Positions 1 through 11,515 are shown, counted from the first letter of the stretch. The stretch: 64,000 bases of DNA from Eledone cirrhosa (GCA_964016885.1 OZ024756.1:37758001-37822000), one strand, 5' to 3'. Made by a program: numbers and translations. Notes: generated by a model not told the origin, from the letters alone.

Positions 1-834
1 GAAAACAAGGCGGCGGTCCCTTCTGGGAAATGGTCGTGCTCGGTGTGTAGGAAAGGCGTAGGTAGAAACTCCATCTTATGTCCTAAATGCAAAGTATGGG
101 TGCATAAAAGATGTAGTGGGATCACAGGTAAGCTAACTAAGAACATAGACTTTACATGTGGCCGGTGTTCTGGTGCAATAAGTAGCAGCAAGTGCCCACA
201 AAATACTAGCTCTTTCAATTGCGCAGAGGGTTCTATAGAAATAGTGGACAGCTTCCGTTACCTGGGCGATAAAATCAGCAGTGGGGGAGGGTGCTCTGAA
301 AGTACTGTAGCTAGAGTCAGAACTGGTTGGAAAAAGTTCAGAGAGCTTATACCACTATTAGCTGCTAAAGGGTTCTCCCTAAAAATGAAAGGCAGGTTGT
401 ACGATGCCTGCATACGAACAGCAATGTTGCATGGTAGTGAGACCTGGGCATTGTGTGCAGAGGATATACGCAGACTAGAGAGGAACGAAGCTTGCATGCT
501 CCGCTGGATGTGTAACAGTAATATACGTGAACGGCAAAGCATAAACGAACTAAGGAAAAAATTAGAGATAAGAGGGATCAGATGTTGTTTACTCGAGAGA
601 AGGCTGCGTTGGTATGGACACGTGATGCGCATGAAAGTCGATAGCTGTATTACAAAGTGCAGGGCAATAAAGATAGACGGTAGCCACGGAATAGGCAGAC
701 CTAGAAAAACATGGGATGAGCTGATAAACTCCGACCTCACACACTTACACCTCTCCAAGACAATGTCACTGGACCGTGACCTTTGGCGGTACTCAGTAAC
801 AGAGAAGACCCGCCTTGCCAGTAGGCATCTCTAA
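1..834 (+). CDS. RTE reverse transcriptase C-terminal region with embedded PHD-type zinc finger (partial)
   Basis: Frame is open from base 1: SGKWSCSVCRKGVGRNSILCPKCKVWVHKRCSG...FTCGRC (C4HC3 spacing), then VDSFRYLGDKIS, MLHGSETW, RRLRWYGHVMR. Confidence 0.88.
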   Translation, partial: ENKAAVPSGKWSCSVCRKGVGRNSILCPKCKVWVHKRCSGITGKLTKNIDFTCGRCSGAISSSKCPQNTSSFNCAEGSIEIVDSFRYLGDKISSGGGCSESTVARVRTGWKKFRELIPLLAAKGFSLKMKGRLYDACIRTAMLHGSETWALCAEDIRRLERNEACMLRWMCNSNIRERQSINELRKKLEIRGIRCCLLERRLRWYGHVMRMKVDSCITKCRAIKIDGSHGIGRPRKTWDELINSDLTHLHLSKTMSLDRDLWRYSVTEKTRLASRHL

Positions 835-1192
835 CAAACTACACCCCGTCCCGCCACCACCCCCACCCCATCCACACCACCCCGTTCTATGTAAAGTTAT
901 GTTGGTGCCGCGCCATCCAGGCCGAAACAAATGAGATCGTGTAGGTGTCACGACAAAAAACACACAGTCCACGCTGTAATGTGGCCGTGTAGGCAACACG
1001 GTAAAAACCTCCCAGACCCACACTGTAAATGTGGTTGGTGTTAGGAAGGGCATCCAACTGTAGAAAACCTGCCAGACAGTTCTATGCGAGCAAGACAATC
1101 ACTCTTGCCTCAAGTGGGACTACCCCCGTCCAAACCCATGCAAGCGTGGAACACGGACGTTAAACGTTGATGATGATGATGATGATGATGAT
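1..1192 (+). mobile_element. RTE-clade non-LTR retrotransposon, 3' part (ORF end, 3' UTR, (GAT)n tail); runs off the window start
   Basis: ORF carries FRYLG, RRLRWYGHVMR and GRPRKTW motifs typical of RTE C-termini; ends in gttaaacg(ttga)(tga)n at ~1160-1192. Confidence 0.93.
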
Positions 1193-1206
1193 ATATATAT
1201 ATGTGT

Positions 1207-1513
1207 ATGTAAAAGGTAAACAGAAACAACACAATCGGTACAGTATATGGAAGAAATATATTAGGTTAACGCTTGAAATAGCAGGAAGAGGGTCTTAACG
1301 TTTCGGACGCTAGTCCTTCATCAGAAGAAAGTATGAGAAATAAGATAGATTGAAGGGGCGGGCGGATTGGAATTGGAAAAAATGTCTTCAGATAAAAATA
1401 ACAGGTCTATTCATGTTGACATCTCTTTTGGATTTTCACCCCGAAACTGGATACCAACCCGGAGTATACCTGAACTTCCACCAGGAAATCTTTTGTATCA
1501 CTGAAATTTTCTT

Positions 1514-1517
<4 letters not shown>
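1207..1517 (-). mobile_element. Penelope-like terminal-repeat remnant, family A, between (TA)n tracts
   Basis: Contains a minimal hammerhead on the minus strand; homologous copy in opposite orientation at ~53120-53330. Confidence 0.7.
1293..1328 (-). ncRNA. Minimal type-I hammerhead ribozyme
   Basis: Minus strand reads tctt-CTGATGA-a-ggac-tagc-gtcc-GAAAC-GTT-aaga: stem I tctt/aaga, stem II ggac/gtcc, palindromic AACGTT stem III. Confidence 0.78.
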
Positions 1518-1587
<70 letters not shown>

Positions 1588-1592
1588 AATTT

Positions 1593-1745
1593 AAGAAGGG
1601 CATCCAGCCGTGGGACCCAAGCCAAGATCAGCCCTCTGTGAGCGAAACACAGTCCTCCGACCTGATCTCTTACAAAGGGACAGCCTGTCCTACCCATGCT
1701 AGCGGGGAAAATGGAGATTAAATGATGATGATGATGATGATGATG

Positions 1746-1746
<1 letters not shown>
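1593..1746 (+). mobile_element. RTE-type 3' tail fragment (LINE or partner SINE)
   Basis: aagggcatccagccgt...catgctagc...(gat)n resembles the RTE 3' UTR at 1045-1192. Confidence 0.65.
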
Positions 1747-1807
<61 letters not shown>

Positions 1808-1859
1808 AGACCCAGGTTCAATCAGGGATAACCACAATAAGAAAGATTATATATATATA

Positions 1860-1961
1860 TCAATATATACATACATACATACATACATACATACACACAT
1901 ACATACATGCATACACACACACACACACATACATACACACACACACACATACATACATACA

Positions 1962-1997
<36 letters not shown>

Positions 1998-2082
1998 TAC
2001 GTACATACATACATATATACATACATACATACATATATACATACATATACATACATACATACATATACATACATACATACAT

Positions 2083-2119
<37 letters not shown>

Positions 2120-2335
2120 TACACACACATACATACATACATATATACATACATACACACACACACACACACATACATACATACATGCATACACACACAC
2201 ACACATACATACATACATATATACATACATACACACACACATACATACATGCATACATATATACACACACACACACACACACATACATACATACATACAT
2301 ACATATATACATATATACATACATACATACATATA
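1860..2335. repeat. Compound (TACA)n/(CA)n/(TA)n microsatellite
   Basis: Directly visible; source of the MYVC/HTYI ORFs. Confidence 0.95.
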
Positions 2336-2501
2336 TAATATGAACCCAATTTTGAACTGCTAAAATATTTTAAAAGGAACTTGTGAATTGCCATAGAAAC
2401 TGATTTTAACTTAGAACTATGAAACAAAATAACAACAACAACAACAACAACAACAATGACAATGATGATGAGGTGGAAGATGCTGACAATAAAAATGATA
2501 A

Positions 2502-2566
<65 letters not shown>

Positions 2567-3624
2567 ATAATAATAATAATGGAATCTTTAATAATGATAA
2601 TAATAATAATAAATATGTATCTTGAAATTAAATAGGAAATTGAATTGAAAAATGTGATAAAATAAAAAAAAAAACCAAATAAACACTATAAAATAAAATA
2701 TATGAAAAATTCTCCAATCTTAAAGATTTGTTATATTTCTGTGTATTATGAAATTTTTCATATTTCTCCAACAATGAAATATTTTTGAACATATCGTACT
2801 TGGGAAAGTTGCCATCTTTGTTCATGTAGTATCTCATTTTAAAACGGAACAAGTGTACTAATTATCAGAATGTCGAGTATGATTTAGTAGCTTTTCTCCT
2901 CCCCTTTGCTAAAAATGAATTAGGACATAAGTGTCATGTCGATGGTTTATCTGAAGACATAGTAAGAGGGAGAGAGAGAGAGAGAAGAGGGTAGGAAAAG
3001 AAGAGTTAAGAAATACATTTCTAAATTTCAATGCCTATCCAACCCAACCCTGTTCTGTCATGAAAATCAAATCAACATGAAATGTTGCCACTCAGTTCAG
3101 GAATCGAACCCATGACCTTATGATCAGCACCCTAACCAATAAGCTCACACTTGTGTATATATGTGTGTGTATATATATATCAAATTAAAAAACAGAGTTA
3201 AAGACTCACATATATCATCATCATCATCATCATCGTTTAACATCTAACTTCCACGCTATCATGGGTTAGACGGGAATTGTCCCACTTGAGGCAAAACGAT
3301 GATGATGAAGAATTAGGCTAAGAATGTCAATGGCTAATCTTAAGTGAGAGAAAGAGAGGAGTGTAAGTAAATTGATAAATTTGATGCCCTATCTAACCCA
3401 TATCAGCTTGTAAAAAAATAATTGGTTTTTATTTGTCTTACAAAAAATTAAAGTGGAGACATTGATAGTTTATCTAGAGAGAGAGAGGCTTGTAAATTTG
3501 AAGGCTAGTCCAACCCAGATCAACTTAAAGAAAATTGATTATAAATGTGCCTCTCCCTCCTGAAAGAAGCAGAGTGTCTGACGCTCTACTGATTCTGACA
3601 ATTCACTGCTCTTTACCAACTTAA

Positions 3625-3819
3625 TAATTGTTTCTACTTTTGGCACAAGGCCAGCAATTACCCCAGTGCATTACCCTGGTACTTTATTTTATCGACCCCG
3701 TAAGGATGAAAGGCAAAGTTAACCTCGGCGGGGATTTGAACTCAGAATGGCAAGGGCCGTAACTCTATGCGTCAAAGCATGGCGTCCGACCCTCTATCGA
3801 TACAGCCAATCCACCGCCC
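3625..3819 (-). mobile_element. tRNA-derived SINE type 1 (probable Meta-domain core)
   Basis: Reverse complement starts ggcggtggattggc (A box region), has gagttcaaatccc (B box), core gcctttcatccttacggggtcgataaaataaagtacc and a (TTA)n tail; more than 15 copies in window. Confidence 0.85.
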
Positions 3820-3845
3820 CTCGGACGATTTATTGCATATATATA

Positions 3846-3960
3846 ACGAAGGAGGTGTGGTAAGGAACCAGATGGACCATAACGCACCAAAGTACTCAAT
3901 ACTTAAGGTAGTAGAGTGGGTCGAAATGGCTTGAGCTTTGCCGTCGGGGTCATACTTGTT

Positions 3961-3963
<3 letters not shown>
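3846..3963. mobile_element. (TA)n-nested element family H remnant
   Basis: Homologous to 40488-40658; contains a degenerate gaaa-tggc...gcc-gtc hammerhead 3' half. Confidence 0.6.
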
Positions 3964-4039
<76 letters not shown>

Positions 4040-4574
4040 GCAACTTAATAATGAGAATGTTAGATATATTATTAGAAAATCCTTCCAAATTCTTCATTAT
4101 TTTTTTCAAAATCATTTAAAAACCTCACACAGGCAGGATCATTTATTAGAAATATAACAAGGGGGTCATTATGTTAGGCAGGTGCAAATTATTTTAAATA
4201 CATATATATATATACATATGTGTGTGTGTATAGCGAGAGAGGGTGGGGTGGGGGTGGAAGGAGGGCATTGAGTTTTTTTTTGTTTTTGTGGTGGTGGTGG
4301 TGGTGGTGGTGGTGGTGTTCTGATCCAAGATGAAAGATTGAAAAAGGATGAAGATGGGAGGAAGAGATGATGCAGAGGAAGGAGGCTTTTATATATGTCA
4401 CAAAAGTTGGGATTTATTTGAAGAGAAAGATGACTAATTTAAGGTCCTTCCATCCCCTTTAACCCCTATTAAGCTCCCAGAGAAATATATGAGGAGAGTT
4501 AAAGGAACTAGAAAATTTATAATCCCTTGAAAAATGGTCTCTCTCTATATCTCTCCCCCTTTTTTTCTGTATCT

Positions 4575-4915
4575 CTCTTTCTCTCTCTTTCTTACAGTCT
4601 CTGTTACTTCCTTTCTCTCTCTCTCTCTCTCACAGTCTCTGTTACTTCATTTCTCTCTCTCTCTCTCTCACAGTCTCTGCTACTTTCTCTCTCTCTCTCT
4701 TTTTCTTACAGTCTCTGTTACTCTCTCTCTCTCTTACAGCCTCTGTTACCTTCTCTCTCTCTCTCTCTCACAGTCTCTGTTACTTTCTCTCTCTCTCTTT
4801 TTCTTATAGTCTCTGTTACTCTCTCTCTCTCACAGCCTCTGTTACTTTCTCTCTCTTACAGTCTCTGTTACTTTCTCTCTCTTACAGTCTCTGTTACTTT
4901 GTCTCTCCCTCTCTC
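4575..4915. repeat. CT-rich minisatellite (acagtctctgttact + (ct)n)
   Basis: Core motif repeated roughly ten times with variable (ct)n spacers. Confidence 0.9.
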
Positions 4916-4960
4916 TCTATAGTTAGCTAGAAAGAGATGTCTATATGTGTATAAAATAAG

Positions 4961-5027
<67 letters not shown>

Positions 5028-5924
5028 GTGTGTCTGTTTGCATATGTCTGTGTATAGTTGTCTGTATGTTATTTATATATATGTATATATATGTATATGT
5101 TTGTATCAGTATGTCTGTGTATGTTATATATATATGTATGTGTATGTCTGTGTATGTTATATATATATATGTGTGCTTGTATGTGTATGTCTGTGTATGT
5201 TACATATATATGTGTGTGCTTGTATATGTATGTTATATATATATATGTGTGTGCTTGTATGTGTATGTCTGTGTATGTTATATATATGTGTGTGTGTATG
5301 TCTGTGTATATGTATATATATGTCTATGTGTTTGTACATGTATGTGTCTGTGTGTGTTTATATATGTGTATGTCTGTTGGTTGTCTGGTTCAACTGTCTA
5401 TTTAATGAACAGTAATCCATCTTATATATAGTAAGGATGATAGCTCAGCACTTAATGGATAAGGGGGAGGGGGCATGGTGGTGGTGGTGTGGAGGGGGCT
5501 GTAGTACATTAGGGGGGTGGTAGTATTGTCGTGTGGTGGTGGTGTAGTGGTTGTATGGTGGTGGTGTTGTGGTAGTATGGTGGTGTGGTGGTGTGGTGGT
5601 AGTATGGTGGTGTGGTGGTGATATGGAGATGTTATGGTTGTAGTGTGGTGGGGTGTGGTATGGTGGTGTTATGGTAGTAGTGTGGTATGGTGGGATTGTG
5701 GTGGTATGAAGGTGTTATGGTTGTGGTGGAAGTGTGGTATGGTGGTGTTACGGTAGTAGTGTGGTATGGAGGTGTTATGGTTGTAGTATGGTTGTGTTGT
5801 GTGGTGATACAGGCTAACGGATGTTTCAATAACGTTTGTTTTTAAAGACCAACGAAAACTAACAACAACAACAACACAAGCAAAATTGATATCTTAGGTT
5901 AATGGGCAAATGAGGATGTAGGAC

Positions 5925-6620
5925 CTGGGTTGGTTGGTGGGACGGATGGTTGGTTGGTGGGACAGTTGGCTGGTTGGTTGGTGGGACAGTTGGTTGGTTG
6001 GTGGGACAGTTGGCTGGTTGGTTGGTGGGACAGTTGGCTGGTTGGTGGGGCGGATGGTTGGTTGGTTGGTTGGTTGGTGGGACAGTTGGCTGGTTGGTTG
6101 GTGGGACAGTTGGCTGGTTGGTTGGTGGGACAGTTGGCTGGTTGGTGGGACGGATGGTTGGTTGGTGGGACAGTTGGTTGGTTGGTGGGACGGATGGTTG
6201 GTTGGTGGGACGGTTGGTTGGTTGGTTGGTGGGACAGATGATGGTTGGTGGGGCGGATGGTTGGTTGGTTGGTTGGTTGGTGGGACAGTTGGCTGGTTGG
6301 TGGGACGGATGGTTGGTTGGTGGGACAGTTGGCTGGTTGGTTGGTGGGACAGTTGGTTGGTTGGTGGGACGGATGATGGTTGGTTGGTGGGACAGTTGGT
6401 TGGTTGGTGGGGCGGATGGTTGGTTGGTGGGACGGATGGCTGGTTGGTGGGACAGTTGGCTGGTTGGTGGGACGGATGGCTGGTTGGTGGGGCGGATGGT
6501 TGGTTGGTTGGTGGGACAGTTGGCTGGTTGGTGGGACGGATGGCTGGTTGGTTGGTGGGACGGATGGCTGGTTGGTTGGTGGGACTGTTGGCTGGTTGGT
6601 TGATTGGTGGGACAGTTGGT
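5925..6620. repeat. (GGTT)n-based minisatellite with ggtgggacagtt / ggtgggacggat variants
   Basis: Directly visible modular tandem array; explains the PTNQ/GWLV ORFs. Confidence 0.95.
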
Positions 6621-6622
6621 TT

Positions 6623-6822
6623 GATGGTGAGGGAGACGCGCTGGAAGAGCCATTCCAGCTCGTGAGGCTTACACCTGCGGGGTAGCCAACTCTGTGGTGC
6701 CGATGGTGGTGAGTAATGGGGTGGCTTGTGGGGCCAAGCACACCAGAAATCTCCACTGCTACGGACTCGACCGCAAACCTGTCGGAGAGCGACTGATATT
6801 TGGAGAGTCTACCCTCCATCAT
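6623..6822 (-). pseudogene. CRE-clade non-LTR retrotransposon C-terminal (restriction-like endonuclease region) fragment, frameshifted
   Basis: Minus strand gives LSKYQSLSDRFAVESVAVEISGVLGP and, in another frame, ELEWLFQRVSL, matching the K..KY..L...F.P.A.ET.G..G...L.QR.S pattern of CRE-type elements. Confidence 0.65.
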
Positions 6823-6877
6823 CGTGTTTGTAAATCGCCTTAGTCATGTCACCTTCATCTGATACCCTTGTGTCTAG

Positions 6878-7020
6878 TTAGGGTGGATTGGCGGAATCGT
6901 TGGAGCTTTGGATTAAATAAATGCTTTGTAGTCTTTAGTTACGACTCATTACATTCTGAGATCAAATCCTGCTGAGGTCAGCTTTGCCTTTCATCCCCCC
7001 TAGGGTCGATAAAATAAACT
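6878..7020 (+). mobile_element. SINE type 1, diverged
   Basis: gggtggattggcggaatcg...gagatcaaatcc...gcctttcatcc...gggtcgataaaataaa. Confidence 0.75.
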
Positions 7021-7358
7021 GCAGGTTAATTTCACATTAGAACAGTGTGTGTATGTGTTTGTGTGTGTCCGTGTCCGCCCATGTCTGTCTATGTGTGTGT
7101 CTGTCTGTCTGTCTGTGGGTGTGTCTGTCTATATGTGTGTGTGTGTATCCGTGTCTGTCTGTGTGTCCGTGTGTGTGTGTGTGTGTGTGTAGCATTTCCG
7201 CATGTAGTCCTTATTTATGTTACTGTTTGTTTAAATGTCCTGTAACTTAGCGGTTTGAAGAAGAAGATAAAAAGGAGGAGAGATCGATAAAAACCAGCAT
7301 CAGACTTTATGGAATACTGACAGTCCAGTGATCGAAACGAGCAAAACAGCAAAACAAC

Positions 7359-7389
<31 letters not shown>

Positions 7390-8400
7390 TAAGAATACAA
7401 GAAGAAAACAAAAGATAAAAGAAAAAAAAGGCCGCTGTTTCATGTGTTACGGTAACTCGCCGCCATCTCCCCCTCTTTAAACACACACACACACACACAC
7501 ACAGATTCACACATACATACACACACGACAGCCAACAAATCAATTCTTTAATTGATCTTTTAATTAACTAATTTAATTCCGGGATTGGATTTTTTTTATT
7601 ATTTTTGTTTTATTATGTTTCTGCGTTTCGCTGAGATGACCCTGTTGTTGTTGTTGGTGGTGTTGTTGGTGGTGGTGGTGGTGTTGTGTTGTTGTAGTTG
7701 GTGGTGGTGTTGTGTTGGCGTTATTGTTGTTGGTGGTGGTGTTGCTGTTGTTGTTGGTGGTGTTGTTGTTATTGTTGTTGGTGGTGGTGGTGGTGCATTT
7801 GTAGTTGTGGTTAAACGACAGTGGCACAATGTAGGGTAAGGGGAGGTGTATGTGTGTACGTACCAACCTCTATGTACGTGCCTGTGCGTGCGCTCGCCAT
7901 TGCCAGTGCGTGTATGCGTATGTATGTGTGTGTGTTTGTGTGTGTGCGTATGCGGGCGCGCGCGCGCACACACACACACACACACGTGTCTCTCATTTAC
8001 AGCACTCCAGTTGCCGATCATCGGCCAAACTTGATCCTGCTGCGAACATACGGACAACATGTAGAGTAGGCACTCTCTCTCTCTCCTTCCCCCTCTCCCT
8101 CTCTTCTCTCTCCTTCTCCCTCACCCACTGACACACACACGCTTTCCCTCTTGACTTCTTGAGCTTCTTCAAGTCCTGTATAAATTAATATGTGTGTATG
8201 TATACACACATACATCACAGAGGAGCTTTAATGTCTAATTTGGTTCTTAGCTTCGTGGCACCTTGGGTAAGTGTCTTCTACTAAAGCCTCAGGTTGACCA
8301 ACGTATTGTGATTGGAATTTGGTAGATAGAAACTGTAGAAGCCTATCGCGTGTTTATATGTATGTATATTTTGAATTATATATATATATATATATATATA

Positions 8401-8565
8401 TGTCCCAAGGCTGTGATACCATCAACACTATAAACACAGAGCTGGCATATCTAAGAACTGACTAACTGCCTGATGAGGTCATAGCCATACAATGGCTATC
8501 ATCGAAATATATATAGCAGTAAATAAAGGATTATGAGTTCATGCAATTGACTTATGTTTCGTCAC
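8401..8565 (+). mobile_element. Penelope-like terminal-repeat remnant, family B, between (TA)n tracts
   Basis: Complete hammerhead followed directly by aataaa; both flanks are (TA)n. Confidence 0.68.
8465..8520 (+). ncRNA. Type-I hammerhead ribozyme
   Basis: actgc-CTGATGA-ggtc-atagccat-aca-atggctat-catc-GAAA-tatata-TA-gcagt: stem I actgc/gcagt, 8-bp stem II segment, palindromic stem III. Confidence 0.8.
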
Positions 8566-8603
<38 letters not shown>

Positions 8604-8604
8604 T

Positions 8605-8775
8605 TATTTAAAATATTAACAAATGAAAAATATTCTCATAATCAAAATATATACTTTATTATATATATTTCAGAGGTACTGTGTTGTTTTTTCAGTACGT
8701 CCTCATCAGACAAAATATATGATTTAATATATGACATACCGCTACGGTCTTGATTGTTCAATTCCAGTATTGGCA

Positions 8776-8777
<2 letters not shown>
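8605..8777 (-). mobile_element. Penelope-like remnant, family C
   Basis: Homologous to 28217-28655 and 45543-45889; flanked by (TA)n. Confidence 0.7.
8650..8719 (-). ncRNA. Type-I hammerhead ribozyme
   Basis: Minus strand: tatattttgt-CTGATGA-ggac-gtactg...cagtac-ctct-GAAA-tatata-TA-ataaagtata; stem I pairs over 10 nt including G-U pairs. Confidence 0.75.
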
Positions 8778-8827
<50 letters not shown>

Positions 8828-9089
8828 AGTGTTTCTGTAGGAAAGGTAAAGGAAAGGAGAGTGCTCCATGTAGGCTACAGAGCTATTTAATTATTTAATA
8901 AACAACATAAGACAATTATTCCATTTATATATATATATACATACAGGGTGGCCCAAAAGTCGAAATACATAGGACATTTTTAATGTATTAACTTCTCGCC
9001 CCATTGAGTGCTTTGTGATTGCCTCAAACAACTCGAATAGTACCTGCTATGTAGTAGCTATAACTTCGATTCATACCTAATATATATAT

Positions 9090-9545
9090 GATTTGATACT
9101 TCAAATATCGTTGAAGAAGGCATGCTCTAACATGCATCCAGTCAACTCATTTCACTCGCACAGATGAAGAATTTCTGCCTGTTGAGTCCTGTTTGTATAT
9201 ACCCCAGTTTTGTACCTTCCTCTGTCGTTACCGACGACAAACGGATGTTTCAGTTTGAATTCGATCAACGGAACAGCTTGCTCTTGAAATTAACATACAC
9301 AAGTGTTTGAGGATTCCACAGACACGTGTACCATTTTAGTGTAGTTCTTCAAACAGATTCAGCTCGACTGTGTTTAAGTAGGCTGGCTCTGTTTAATTAC
9401 AGGCCGAGTGAAAACTGGATGAACGTCAACATAAAATGTCTTGGCTTAAGGAAGAACAACATTTGAACCGCCGTGAGTCTAACTCAAGCAGGACCACACG
9501 CGGTCGTCAGCCGAACGCCATAACCACCGAGTCACACGCCATCAC
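9090..9545 (-). mobile_element. Diverged tRNA-derived SINE
   Basis: Reverse complement starts ggcgtgtgactcggtggttatggcgttcggctg (tRNA-like head) followed by a CORE-like cttaagccaagaca segment. Confidence 0.55.
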
Positions 9546-10044
9546 GTATATCCGACACACGCACACACATACAGACACACGTACACACATATACAGACAC
9601 GCGTTCTATTATTCTTTTACTGGGGGCATCGGACTCAAACAGGATCTAATCGATCATATCGACCACCAGTACTTATTTTATCGATCTGTTAACCATCGAA
9701 CCACAAAGTTACGGAACATAAACAATCTGTAAAAACACACACACACATACACACACGTACACATACATTTGTTATATTCTTTTATTGGTTTGTCATTAGA
9801 CTGTGGCCATGCTGGGGCATCTTCAGAGGATTTATTCGATTATATTGATCCCAGTATTTATTTTCTACACCCACACCACCCCAGTTTTGTAATTATTTTA
9901 ACGATCTCACTTTTGTCGAACCGTTAAATGACACACATACATATATATACACACATATACACAACAGACACACACACACACACAATACACACACATATGC
10001 AACACATACACACATGTATGCAACACATACACATAATGATTTAT

Positions 10045-10950
10045 AATTCAAGCACAAGGCCACTAACAATGTGTGTAGGGGGGGGGGGAATCGATTATCG
10101 ATTATATCGACTACAGTAAGTCAGTGACACTTTATGCTATCGACCTCCTCGTAAGGATGAAAGGCGAAGTTGACCTCGATAGAATTTGAACTCAGAACAT
10201 TAAAAAAGAACCAGGAACAAATAACGTAAAAGTATGTCGTCTGACCGACGCTCTACCAATTCTGTAACCTCCACCACTCCCGCCGCCACCACATGTAATG
10301 GTTTCAGATTTAGACACCACAAGGCCAGCAATTTTTTGGTGGAGGGGGAAGGGGAAAGTTGATTAAATCGACCCCAGTTTATTACTGGTACTTTATTTTA
10401 TCGACTCCTGTAAGGATGAAAGGCAAAGCTAACTTCGGCGGGATTTGAACTCAGAATGTAATGGGCCATAACTCTCTGCTATACAGCATGTTGTCCGGCG
10501 CTCTACCGATACTGCCAATCCAACTCCCTTAATAATTGTTTCTACTTTTGGCACAAGGCCAGCAATTACCTCAGTACATTACTGGTACTTTATTTTATCG
10601 ACTCCTGTAAGGATGAAAGGCAAAGCTAACCATAGTGGGATTTGAACTCAGAATGTAAAGGGTCATAACTCTATGCTGCAAAGCATGGTGTCTGACGCTC
10701 TACCGATACTGCCAATCCACCACCCAATTTGTTAAGGGTGTCACAGGACAATAGTTTTTATCTTGTAAAAATATAACAACAAAAACTTTCGAGGTAATAT
10801 TTTACCCAACGCCGCTTCAATGCTATTTTGATGGGAAAGTCGATTAAATCAACACCAATGCGTTACTGGTACTTTATTTTAACGACCCCTGTAAGAATGA
10901 AAGGCAAAGCTAATCTCGGTGGGATTTGAACTCAGAACATAAAGGGCCGT
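10045..10950 (-). mobile_element. Cluster of four head-to-tail SINE type 1 copies with a captured 100-bp segment (10731-10830)
   Basis: Repeated gcacaaggcc...gtaaggatgaaaggc...ttgaactcagaa units. Confidence 0.85.
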
Positions 10951-10964
10951 CATGCCTGTATATA

Positions 10965-11144
10965 CAGTGAAATTCCGTTATAACGAAATTCATGGGGTAT
11001 AGAAAAAATTCGTTGTAACGAAAAGTTCTTTCTAAATAACGAGATCGACCGAAACAAATCGAGCGTTTGTTTGTTATTACCTCCGGGATTGAAAAAAAAA
11101 AAAATCGTTATACTGAAAAATTCGTTATAAAAGAATTTTACCTG
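10965..11144. mobile_element. pogo/Tigger-like MITE
   Basis: TA-flanked; TIRs cagtgaaattccgttataacgaa / ttcgttataaaagaattttacctg; second copy at ~44972-45150. Confidence 0.75.
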
Positions 11145-11448
11145 TATTTAATTTAACATTCGTATGAGTTTGAGGACTTTGTCCCTACGACCCCTCTCAT
11201 GAATAAGTGGGCAAAGAAGAAAAGGGATGTGATTGTGTGATGTATTTTATAACGGGACAAGCAGTAAACGTAAACACAGAGAGAGACAGAGAGTCTTTGA
11301 TTTATTACCTTCTTATACTGGTTTCAGTCATTAGACTGCGGCCATATTGGATCTATTAACCCGACCCCCGGTACTTTGTTTTTGAAGTACGGTACATATT
11401 TTATCGATCTCTTTTGTTTACCAAACTTCACATACATTACAATCACAC

Positions 11449-11480
<32 letters not shown>

Positions 11481-11515
11481 GCATGCGTGTGTATATGTAT
11501 ATATATATATATGCA

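Noticed and set aside
258-758. 166-aa antisense ORF
   Set aside because: Shadow of the RTE ORF.
2628-2852. 74-aa minus-strand ORF
   Set aside because: AT-rich, no recognisable motif or convincing splice sites.
5859-6665. Long PTNQ/GWLV ORFs
   Set aside because: Stop-free minisatellite open on both strands; only 6623-6822 has protein-like (CRE) content.
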